In this document: in pieces, positions 10,237 through 17,479 of the stretch | Numbering within the stretch: the first letter of the stretch is position 1 | Layout of the letters: every line of letters starts with the position of its first letter | Source of the DNA: an uncultured Chthonomonadaceae bacterium | Lineage (GTDB): Bacteria > Armatimonadota > Chthonomonadetes > Chthonomonadales > Chthonomonadaceae | DNA length: 64,000 nucleotides | Reading direction: 5' to 3' | NCBI GenBank assembly: GCA_963835065.1 | Contig: CAWIEK010000049.1 | Location: 416,001-480,000, forward strand | Program-made: the position numbers and the translations under genes | Notes under the pieces: generated by a model | What the model saw: the letters and a program-made list of their open reading frames with translations, nothing else | What the model was told of the DNA's origin: nothing | Databases searched by the model: none

Positions 10237-10803
10237 ATGAAGCGTCAATTTCTGCCTCTTTCATGTGGCCTGTACCGCCGGCTGCTGGCTGCTTATCCTG
10301 CGGATTTCCGCCGCGAATATGGCGACGAGATGCAGCAGGCGTTTTACGATGCCTGCCGACAGGCGCTGCAATCGCGGGGCGCAGCAGGATTGGCGGGGTT
10401 TTGGATACACATAATGAGCGATCTGGCAGCATCCGTCTGCAAGGAGCGTTTTACGACTATGGACAAAAAATCTACCTTCTTCTGCCTGCTGGCCTTCGCG
10501 TTAGGCATCTTGGCTGGCTACCTGGATTTCCACAGCAAGGAAGTTCAGGGGCCGGTGTTGATCCTTCTGGTTTTCACGTTTGTTTTCGGCTTTGCGCTGC
10601 CCTGCCGCGCCTGGCGTTGGGCGCTGATTATCGGTGGCGGCATTCCCCTTTGCCACATCGTCAACGCGCTGCTCCGGCGTCCGCCGCCCTACCCCGTCGA
10701 ACCAAACCTATTTGCCACCTGCCTCGCCTTTTTCCCCGCGTTCATGGGCGCGTACATGGGCGCGATGCTGCGCCGACTTACGCAATGGACATTCACCGCT
10801 TAA
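10237..10803 (+). CDS. PadR-associated membrane protein
   Basis: LYRRLLAAYPADFRREYGDEM N-terminus typical of PadR partners; 4 TM segments. Confidence 0.75.
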   Translation: MKRQFLPLSCGLYRRLLAAYPADFRREYGDEMQQAFYDACRQALQSRGAAGLAGFWIHIMSDLAASVCKERFTTMDKKSTFFCLLAFALGILAGYLDFHSKEVQGPVLILLVFTFVFGFALPCRAWRWALIIGGGIPLCHIVNALLRRPPPYPVEPNLFATCLAFFPAFMGAYMGAMLRRLTQWTFTA

Positions 10804-10915
10804 GCCGAACATATCGGAACAGACCGTTGACACGCAGGAGTTGATTTTTAGGAGGAATCGGCGTGGCTTACGGCCAAAACACCACTAATTCTTTATGACA
10901 TTAATGAGGCGGACT

Positions 10916-11587
10916 ATGGACTTGCAGGACGATAAGGCAGTTACGGACAAAGCAAATACGACGCATTGGCAGCAATGGCACGAGAACTACGCGAGTGCCG
11001 ATTCTTCGCTTTCCCGACGCCTGGCGGTGGTTCGCGGGCGTATTGGACAGGCTTTGGAGCAGTGTCCTCTCGGCCCAATTCGCGTAGCAAGTATCTGCGC
11101 CGGGGATGGCCGCGATTTGCTCGGCGTCCTCCCAAACCATCCCCGCGCTAATGACGTTTCGGGGCGGCTGGTGGAGTTGGACCCCGTTCTGGCGGAACAA
11201 GCGCGAAGCCATGCTCCTGCGTCCATCGAAATCGCCTGTCGGGACGCCGGGTACAGCGATGCGTATGAGGGCGCGGTTCCGGCAAACCTGCTGCTGTGCT
11301 GCGGCGTATTCGGCAATGTCAGTGACGCCGATATTCTGACCACCATCCATGCGTGGCCGATGCTGTGCGCGTCCGGGGCAACCGTGATCTGGACACGGGG
11401 CGCTTTCAGTTCCGGCCCTGATTTGCGAGACACTGTGCGGCAGTGGGTACGAGACGAGGGCTTCGAGGAAGTCGCGTATGACGGCCCGCCGGAAAAATAT
11501 GGCGTCGGGGTTGCCAGAATGGTCCGCAGCCCGGAACCGTTTCAAAAAGGCGTACACTTTTTCACGTTTTGTAAAACCAATAAATGA
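10916..11587 (+). CDS. Class I SAM-dependent methyltransferase
   Basis: SICAGDGRD motif I, LVELDP, CGVFGN. Confidence 0.8.
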   Translation: MDLQDDKAVTDKANTTHWQQWHENYASADSSLSRRLAVVRGRIGQALEQCPLGPIRVASICAGDGRDLLGVLPNHPRANDVSGRLVELDPVLAEQARSHAPASIEIACRDAGYSDAYEGAVPANLLLCCGVFGNVSDADILTTIHAWPMLCASGATVIWTRGAFSSGPDLRDTVRQWVRDEGFEEVAYDGPPEKYGVGVARMVRSPEPFQKGVHFFTFCKTNK

Positions 11588-11602
11588 GGAACCTGTTCAA
11601 GA

Positions 11603-13360
11603 ATGAGAAAACCATTGATGCCGGTTTGGTGCGTCCTGAGCGCGGCTGTCCTGAGTATGACAGGCATATCCGCTGTCCCGCAAACACGAGTAAAAACCGG
11701 TGTCGCGTCTATTCCGGTGAAACCCGGTAAATCGGGGGTTGCGTCCGTTCCGCAAACCATGACCTCGCCCCTGGGCCACCAACTTTCTCTCGTATGGCAC
11801 GATGAATTCGATGCTGTTCCCGACAGGGATGGCAAGCCGTATATTGACCGTTCCAAATGGCAGACGACGTTCTGGCAGGGTTCGAGCGAGCGGACGCTGT
11901 TCAGCAACGTCGAGGCGCAGTATTATGTGGACAAAGATTACAACGGCGAAGGCAGTATCCATCCCGAAGCCAACGGCACACTCAATCCTTTCTCCTTTGA
12001 AACGCCGGGTATTCTGACCATCAAGGCGTGGAAAACGCCCGAAGAACTGTGGCGCAAGTTTTACATGGGCGAACAGCGCCCGTTTGCTTCCGGCTTGCTG
12101 ATTTCTGACAGGAGGTTTACGTTCCAGTATGGCTATGTGGAAGGCCGGTTCAAACTGCCGGGCGCGCGCGGCGCGTGGCCGGCCTTCTGGCTGCTGGGCG
12201 ACGATCCGACCAAAGCCACCGAAGTGGAAGCGCACCAATGGGGGCCGGAAGTGGATGTGTTCGAGTTCTTCGGCCATCGCCCGACCAAGCACAGCGCGGG
12301 CATCATTGCCCGCGAAGGCGAGGAACTCCCCTGGAAATTCGGCTATAACGAAGTCGGCGTGGACATTTCCAAAGATTTCCACACCTGGGGGCTGGAATGG
12401 GACCCGGAAAACATGGTGTTCACTTTTGACGGCAAGGTGTGGGCAAGAAGCAAAACCGCGCCCTCCTTTAATCGCCCGATGTACCTGCTCATCAATCTGG
12501 CGGTGGGCGGGCAGTGGTACTCGCAGGAAATGGACGCCAACAAAACCCCCTACAAGCCCTGGCAGGTGGACGAAACTTCTATGCCCTGGAAGATGCAGTG
12601 CGACTATGTGCGTGTGTACCAGTCGAAAGACAACGCCGCGCAAATCGCCGCGTATCGCGCCAGAGACAAAGCGCTCAACAACCACCTGACCCGCGAAGTC
12701 TGGACGGACATACGCGGCAAACGTGTAGCCGATATTCCCCTTGCCGACAAACCCCACACCGTCACCTACCTGCGCGATTTCGAAGCGCCTACGAGCGTTG
12801 GCATCAACTACGGCACGCGCCTGCGCGGGTTTCTGACGGCTCCCATGACGGGAGATTACACCTTCTGGATTGCGGGGGATGACAACTGCGAACTGCGCTT
12901 GAGTACGGACGACAAGCCCGCGAACGCGGTAAAAATCGCAAGCGTCACATCGGGAGACGGCTACACGGGACGGCGCGAATGGAACAAATTACCCGAACAA
13001 AAATCAGCCCTCGTTCGGCTCGTGGCAGGCAAGCGCTACTACATCGAGGCGCTGCAAAAGCAGGATGTGGGTGGCGACAGCCTTTCCGTCGGCTGGCTCA
13101 AACCCGGTCAAACCGGGAATGCGCCGTCTGAAATCATACCCGCGTCCGTCCTTGCGCCCTGGGACAGTCAAACACTGCCAGCAAGACGCCTTAGAGCCTA
13201 TCCCAATAGGCCGGGGATTGAAAATCCCCGGCAGGAAAGTGCAAGCGTCTTTCAGACGCGAATTCGCGCCTATCGGGATAGGCTCTTAGCAGCCTCTTCT
13301 GCTGGTTACTTTCAGTACCAACCCCATTGGTATAGGCTCTCAGGGTTCGTAAATCTATAA
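11603..13360 (+). CDS. Secreted GH16 glycosidase with PA14 domain
   Basis: WHDEFD, WPAFWLL, EVDVFE catalytic motif, FHTWGLEW; PA14 part GDYTFWIAGDDN...GKRYYIEALQK. Confidence 0.9.
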   Translation: MRKPLMPVWCVLSAAVLSMTGISAVPQTRVKTGVASIPVKPGKSGVASVPQTMTSPLGHQLSLVWHDEFDAVPDRDGKPYIDRSKWQTTFWQGSSERTLFSNVEAQYYVDKDYNGEGSIHPEANGTLNPFSFETPGILTIKAWKTPEELWRKFYMGEQRPFASGLLISDRRFTFQYGYVEGRFKLPGARGAWPAFWLLGDDPTKATEVEAHQWGPEVDVFEFFGHRPTKHSAGIIAREGEELPWKFGYNEVGVDISKDFHTWGLEWDPENMVFTFDGKVWARSKTAPSFNRPMYLLINLAVGGQWYSQEMDANKTPYKPWQVDETSMPWKMQCDYVRVYQSKDNAAQIAAYRARDKALNNHLTREVWTDIRGKRVADIPLADKPHTVTYLRDFEAPTSVGINYGTRLRGFLTAPMTGDYTFWIAGDDNCELRLSTDDKPANAVKIASVTSGDGYTGRREWNKLPEQKSALVRLVAGKRYYIEALQKQDVGGDSLSVGWLKPGQTGNAPSEIIPASVLAPWDSQTLPARRLRAYPNRPGIENPRQESASVFQTRIRAYRDRLLAASSAGYFQYQPHWYRLSGFVNL

Positions 13361-13397
13361 CTTGCCGAATGGACGGAAAGCCCAACTGCAAAGGATG

Positions 13398-13625
13398 AAA
13401 AAAGATATGTAGAGGCAGCGTCGAAATCTTGGCAATACAGCGCTTCCAGCCCGATGTCTCGTTGTGTCAAATTGTAGGAGAGAGGCGTCGTGACCTCAGC
13501 AGCGTCAGGGCGAACGGGAGGGGTGAAACATAGGCTTTGCACCTCCCTTCTTAGTTGATAGTGGATAGTTGATAGGAACTACCAGCGTTCAGCCACCTTA
13601 CGTCTGAACAGTAGACGTTTGTACT
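13398..13625 (-). ncRNA. Candidate small RNA / micro-ORF transcript, copy A
   Basis: 162-bp core (13419-13580) nearly identical to the reverse complement of 59548-59709. Upstream GAACC-N16-CGTCTAA (13658-13631); micro-ORF MFHPSRSP at 13531-13505. Confidence 0.5.
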
Positions 13626-13916
13626 AATTTTTAGACGGCTATGTAGGGCAAAAGGTTCGTTTATTTCGCGTTATTTGGGGTTTTTGTGTTCTGCTCAAAG
13701 CGTTTGTTGCTCACAAGGCAACAAACGCTTTTTGGTGTCAATGTCCTTGAATTATTGCCGTATGCAGAGGCGTGAAAAAGAAAAAGAAAAATTCTTTACT
13801 TGCGGTGCAACTAACTGTTGCGCAATCCAATCAATGAGTGTGAAGGACGCGGAATACACAACGATACGAACCAGCCGCGCCCACCAAGCAATTTTCAGAA
13901 ACAAGGCAACCACCTG

Positions 13917-14096
13917 ATGTTTGAAGCGAACCTACAACCGCAGACAACGCGCCGCAACGATTGGCAACCGCAACCCACTTTTCCGAGTTGCGATGGTCAG
14001 ATACGCTTTATTGGCCTATGTCAAAATACTGCCGCCTGCCTGCGCAATAATCGCAATAATCGTAAACGCCCCAATGGGACAGGAGGAAACGCTTAA
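13917..14096 (+). CDS. Putative 59-aa leader peptide of the tRNA array
   Basis: AAGG upstream of ATG 13917; ends ...LRNNRNNRKRPNGTGGNA*; stop codon lies in the loop of a 9-bp hairpin. Confidence 0.55.
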   Translation: MFEANLQPQTTRRNDWQPQPTFPSCDGQIRFIGLCQNTAACLRNNRNNRKRPNGTGGNA

Positions 14097-14163
14097 CCCG
14101 TTTCCTCAGCCAGCGAAAACTCTTCGCCCACTGTCCCAACAATAACCGGCGCAGTGGGCTTTT
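14075..14163 (+). promoter_or_regulatory. Attenuator: antiterminator versus intrinsic terminator
   Basis: TGGGACAG(14075-82)/CTGTCCCA(14131-38) and GAGGAAACG(14083-91)/CGTTTCCTC(14099-107) compete with terminator GCCCACTG(14126-33)/CAGTGGGC(14152-59)+TTTT. Confidence 0.65.
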
Positions 14164-14274
14164 GTATGCCTAAAATGCTCGTTTGTTCGGTGTTATATTG
14201 GTGTTCGGTATTCAGGTGTTCAGGCAATGCCTCTTCTCTAATGCCTAATACCTAATATCTAATGCCTTGTCCCT

Positions 14275-14346
14275 GCGCTCGTGGTGTACCGGTCAACATG
14301 CCTGCCTGTCGAGCAGAAGAAGCGAGTTCAATTCTCGTCGAGCGCG
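14275..14346 (+). tRNA. tRNA-Asp(GTC)
   Basis: Acceptor GCGCTCG/CGAGCGC; anticodon loop CT-GTC-GA; T-loop TTCAATT; G73. Confidence 0.9.
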
Positions 14347-14388
14347 TGAAGTTAGTTGATAGTAAATAGTTGATAGTTGATAGGCCAT

Positions 14389-14463
14389 GCCCTTGTAGCT
14401 CAGCGGATTCAGAGCATCGGGTTGCGATCTCGAAGGTCACAGGTTCGATCCCTGTCAGGGGTA
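14389..14463 (+). tRNA. tRNA-Arg(GCG)
   Basis: Acceptor GCCCTTG/CAGGGGT; TCGGG-TT GCG AT-CTCGA; T-loop TTCGATC. Confidence 0.9.
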
Positions 14464-14476
14464 TTGGGTTCGTTTT

Positions 14477-14496
14477 GCACCTTGATAACTGCATAG
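14477..14496 (+). promoter_or_regulatory. rRNA-type boxA-like antitermination motif
   Basis: GCACCTTGATAACTGCATAG resembles the (G)AACCTTGAAAACTG(C/A)ATA boxA motif of rRNA leaders and spacers. Confidence 0.55.
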
Positions 14497-14515
14497 TGAA
14501 CATTGTGTCTTGTTT

Positions 14516-14588
14516 GCGTCGGTGCCCGAACGGTTAAGGGAGCGGTCTGCAAAGCCGTATTGTGTCGGTTCAACTCCGACCCGGCGCT
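14516..14588 (+). tRNA. tRNA-Cys(GCA)
   Basis: Acceptor GCGTCGG/CCGGCGC; GCGGT-CT GCA AA-GCCGT; U73. Confidence 0.92.
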
Positions 14589-14672
14589 TGAAGGGAGTTG
14601 ATAGTTTTTAGTTGATAGTTGATAGACACGCGCTTTCCTATCAACTATGGACTATCAACTATCAACTGCTTC

Positions 14673-14745
14673 GGAAGCGTAACTCAACGGTTAGAGTATT
14701 CGCCTTTTAAGCGAAGGGCTGGAGGTTCAAATCCTCTCGCTTCCA
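14673..14745 (+). tRNA. tRNA-Lys(TTT)
   Basis: Acceptor GGAAGCG/CGCTTCC; TTCGC-CT TTT AA-GCGAA. Confidence 0.93.
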
Positions 14746-14867
14746 TGAGGAACGGTGTTCAGGTATTCAGGTGTTCGGTGTTCAGGTTAAATACCTGCTC
14801 AGGCGCGCTAACTTGTAGAAAAGTATTTCCGAACACCTGAATACCCGAATACCTGAATACCGAATGA

Positions 14868-14939
14868 AGGGGTGTAGTTCAACGGGAGAACGATGGCTTC
14901 CAATACCATCTGTTGCGGGTTCAACTCCTGCCGCCCCTG
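14868..14939 (+). tRNA. tRNA-Trp(CCA)
   Basis: Acceptor AGGGGTG/CGCCCCT; G73; ATGGC-TT CCA AT-ACCAT (C31-A39 mismatch). Confidence 0.85.
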
Positions 14940-14964
14940 TTTACGAAAAAGTGAGTTGCACAGC

Positions 14965-15038
14965 GCCGACCTAGCCCAATTGGTAGAGGCCGTTGGTTCA
15001 GAACTAACGGGTTGGGGGTTCGATTCCCCCGGTCGGCA
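14965..15038 (+). tRNA. tRNA-Leu(CAG) with short variable loop
   Basis: Acceptor GCCGACC/GGTCGGC; A73; GTTGG-TT CAG AA-CTAAC; variable region is only GGGTT. Confidence 0.85.
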
Positions 15039-15141
15039 TTAGGAGAGAGGTCAGGATTCAGGGGTCAGGGGTCAGTCACGACTTTCTGCCGGCAGGAACA
15101 CAGACTTTGGAATTGGGAGGGAACAGCAAGTAGGAAAGTAT

Positions 15142-15213
15142 GCCGACGTAGCTCAGTGGGAGAGCAGCTGTTTCGTAAACAGCAGGTCAGCGGTTCGAAT
15201 CCGCTCGTCGGCT
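15142..15213 (+). tRNA. tRNA-Thr(CGT)
   Basis: Acceptor GCCGACG/CGTCGGC; GCTGT-TT CGT AA-ACAGC. Confidence 0.95.
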
Positions 15214-15225
15214 TGGGCGTACAAA

Positions 15226-15296
15226 CGGGGTGTAGTGAAACGGAATAACGGCTTGCTTGGGACAAGCTATTACAGGTTCAATTCCTGTTACCCCGA
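15226..15296 (+). tRNA. tRNA-Pro(TGG)
   Basis: Acceptor CGGGGTG/TACCCCG; A73; GCTTG-CT TGG GA-CAAGC; weak D-stem. Confidence 0.85.
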
Positions 15297-15314
15297 TGAT
15301 TTCGTGTGTGCTGC

Positions 15315-15386
15315 GCGGGGGTCCTCTAACGGTTAGGAGACGTCTCTTTCAAGGACAAAACGCGGGTTCGACTCCCGTCCTCCGTA
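15315..15386 (+). tRNA. tRNA-Glu(TTC)
   Basis: Acceptor GCGGGGG/CCTCCGT; CGTCT-CT TTC AA-GGACA. Confidence 0.87.
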
Positions 15387-15469
15387 TGAGAAGAGGTTGA
15401 GGGTTGAGGGTTGAGAGTACCGGCAACGGCTACTTCTCTCATTCTCCACTCTCCACTTTCACTCAGTTT

Positions 15470-15543
15470 GCGCGAGTAGCTCAATCCGGTGGAGCGAACG
15501 CCTTACAAGCGAGGGGCTGCGGGTTCAAATCCTGCCTTGCGCA
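15470..15543 (+). tRNA. tRNA-Val(TAC)
   Basis: Acceptor GCGCGAG/CTTGCGC; loop CT TAC AA; anticodon stem has only 3 Watson-Crick pairs. Confidence 0.85.
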
Positions 15544-15564
15544 TTTAGTATGAGAATATAGTTT

Positions 15565-15637
15565 GCCTCCGAGGTCAATTGGAAAAGGCGTCACGCTTCG
15601 AACGTGGATACAGCAGGTTCGATTCCTGCCGGGGGCA
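15565..15637 (+). tRNA. tRNA-Arg(TCG)
   Basis: Acceptor GCCTCCG/CGGGGGC; TCACG-CT TCG AA-CGTGG; A instead of U at position 8. Confidence 0.85.
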
Positions 15638-15734
15638 TGGGTAGGGAGTAGGATGTGGGGAGTGGGGAGTAGGAAAAACAGGATATTACAGTACAGGTCT
15701 ACTCCCTACTGCCTACTCCCTAACCCCTATATTT

Positions 15735-15807
15735 GCAAGAGTGGCGCAATTGGTAGCGCGTTTCACTGCCGTCGAAATGGTTGCGGGTTCGACTCCCGTC
15801 TCTTGCA
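15735..15807 (+). tRNA. tRNA-Gly(GCC)
   Basis: Acceptor GCAAGAG/CTCTTGC; TTTCA-CT GCC GT-CGAAA; discriminator A. Confidence 0.85.
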
Positions 15808-15846
15808 TGAATTGTGTTGAGCCTTGTGTTTGGATGGTCTGCATTG

Positions 15847-15921
15847 GCCGGGCTAGCTCATGCTGGTTTGAGCGCACTTCTTATAAAGGTGAGGACGTGG
15901 GTTCAATTCCCATGCCCGGTA
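15847..15921 (+). tRNA. tRNA-Ile(TAT)
   Basis: Acceptor GCCGGGC/GCCCGGT; A73; CACTT-CT TAT AA-AGGTG. Confidence 0.88.
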
Positions 15922-15952
15922 TGAAGATGCAAAGATGGTACGGCGTTTCTGA

Positions 15953-16024
15953 TCCCCTGTAGCTCAATGGTGGAGCGTTCGGCTGTTAACCGAAGGGTTG
16001 CTGGTTCGAGTCCAGCCGGGGGAG
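15953..16024 (+). tRNA. tRNA-Asn(GTT)
   Basis: Acceptor TCCCCTG/CGGGGGA; G73; TTCGG-CT GTT AA-CCGAA. Confidence 0.95.
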
Positions 16025-16029
16025 TTTGC

Positions 16030-16100
16030 GCACCTGTCGCTTAATGGGAAAGCCCACTCCTGATAAGGGTGTCACGAAGGTTCGATTCCTTCCGGGTGCA
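16030..16100 (+). tRNA. tRNA-Ile(GAT)
   Basis: Acceptor GCACCTG/CGGGTGC; CACTC-CT GAT AA-GGGTG. Confidence 0.9.
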
Positions 16101-16214
16101 TGGGAATAGGGTTTTAAGGTTTTAGGGTTGTATGGTTTCAGGTGTTGGGGAATAAGTATTTGGGGAACGGTGAAGGGCGCGAGTTGTGGTTACGGATAGG
16201 TTTGAAGGGGATGC

Positions 16215-16286
16215 GCCGCAGTAGCTCAGTGGTAGAGCGCCATGCTGAAAACGTGGACGTCGTCCGTTCAACTCGGACTTGCGGCA
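16215..16286 (+). tRNA. tRNA-Phe(GAA), integration target
   Basis: Acceptor GCCGCAG/TTGCGGC; CCATG-CT GAA AA-CGTGG. Confidence 0.93.
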
Positions 16287-16287
16287 T
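16227..16287 (+). repeat. attL (61-bp direct repeat, 3' part of tRNA-Phe)
   Basis: Identical to 31490-31550 except T16279 versus C31542. Confidence 0.95.
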
Positions 16288-16402
16288 TGTTAGGGTTGTG
16301 CGTAGGTAGAGTACCCGCTCCTACCTGTGCGCGTTGCGGGTTTAAGCCGTGTCTCTACCCCGCCATGTTGCTGTCATTAAGCACTCTGAAAGGACAGCAA
16401 CC

Positions 16403-17398
16403 ATGCTTCTTTACACCCTGATTGGCGACTATCTGCAAGCCCTGCGCGTGGAACAAGGCGCGGCGGCGACCACGCAGAAAGGCTATACCGCCCAAATTCG
16501 CCACTTCCACACCTGGCTGACAGCAAACGGCTACCCGGAACCGATACTTGCCGACTTCAACGCGCCCGTTTGCCGCCGCTTCCTGTACTATTTGAGCGGC
16601 AAAGGTTTGAGGCCGCGCAGCATCCGTTCGTACTTCCACCCCCTCAAAGGCTTCGGCGAATTCCTTATCCGCAACGGCGTTCTTACCGACAATCCGGCAA
16701 AGACTGTCACCCTCCCGAAGAAGGACGCCGCCCTACGCAAGACGATCACGGACGAAGAAATCGCCCTCCTGCTGGACGCCTGCCACCGCAACCGCAACCC
16801 GCGCCGCGTGGCGTTGTGTCGCGCTGTTTTGTCTGTTCTGGTCTATGGAGGCTTGCGCCGCTCGGAACTGTGCGATCTGCGCCTGGAGGATGTGACGCTT
16901 CCCGACCCGAAGGACAACAAGAGCAAGGGCAGCCTACTTGTGCGTTGTGGCAAAGGCAGCAAGAGCCGTCGTATCTACCTGCCCGAGGAAGCCCTAACCG
17001 CGCTGAAAGAATGGCTGGCGCTGCGTCCGAAGAACTGCAAGCATCCCTATCTGTTCGTCTATGACGTGAACCGCCGACTTGGACATACAAGCCTGCAAAT
17101 GCTTGTGGAGGATGTGAAACATCAAGCCGGACTTGCGGGGCATGACAACATCAAGCCCCATTCGATACGTCACTGGCGGGCAACCGACCTGCTACGGAGT
17201 GGCGCCAACATTCGGGACGTGCAGGCGTTTCTAGGCCACAGCAGCCTGACGGTTACGGCTATCTACTGCCATTCGTCGGAGGAGCAACTAAGGAACATCA
17301 GCGAACTGACGAACCTGCACAGCCAAACGCAGTCGCCGCCCGATCCACGCCTCGACCGGCAGGACGCGCGCCCCCGCTTGCGCCGGATTGCCCGCTGA
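16403..17398 (+). CDS. int: Tyrosine recombinase/integrase
   Basis: YGGLRRSEL (R), GKGSK (K), HSIRH, LGHSS and TAIY catalytic set; XerC/D-like N-terminal domain. Confidence 0.95.
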   Translation: MLLYTLIGDYLQALRVEQGAAATTQKGYTAQIRHFHTWLTANGYPEPILADFNAPVCRRFLYYLSGKGLRPRSIRSYFHPLKGFGEFLIRNGVLTDNPAKTVTLPKKDAALRKTITDEEIALLLDACHRNRNPRRVALCRAVLSVLVYGGLRRSELCDLRLEDVTLPDPKDNKSKGSLLVRCGKGSKSRRIYLPEEALTALKEWLALRPKNCKHPYLFVYDVNRRLGHTSLQMLVEDVKHQAGLAGHDNIKPHSIRHWRATDLLRSGANIRDVQAFLGHSSLTVTAIYCHSSEEQLRNISELTNLHSQTQSPPDPRLDRQDARPRLRRIAR

Positions 17399-17427
17399 AA
17401 AAGCAGACACCCGTATGCTTATTGGGG

Positions 17428-17472
17428 TAAAATAAGGGCAGGGTTCTTTGCGGGAACCCTGCCCTTATTTTA
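17428..17472. terminator. Bidirectional intrinsic terminator after the integrase
   Basis: Perfect 19-bp stem TAAAATAAGGGCAGGGTTC/GAACCCTGCCCTTATTTTA with a 7-nt loop. Confidence 0.85.
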
Positions 17473-17479
17473 GTGCCGT

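Noticed and set aside
13312..13542. 76-aa ORF across the duplicated element
   Set aside because: The second copy has an indel and a TGA substitution that break it. Only the 8-codon ORF is conserved.
13805..13823. GTGCAAC-N5-GTTGCGC inverted repeat as operator of the tRNA array
   Set aside because: Short, imperfect and single-copy, with no linked regulator; cannot be told apart from chance.
14868..14939. Reading this tRNA as Gly(TCC) or a suppressor
   Set aside because: Standard spacing from the D-arm centres CCA in the loop, and the AGGGG acceptor with G73 fits Trp.
14200..16290. CRISPR array
   Set aside because: The periodic units are tRNAs and short tandem repeats. There is no constant 25-40-bp repeat with unique spacers and no cas gene.
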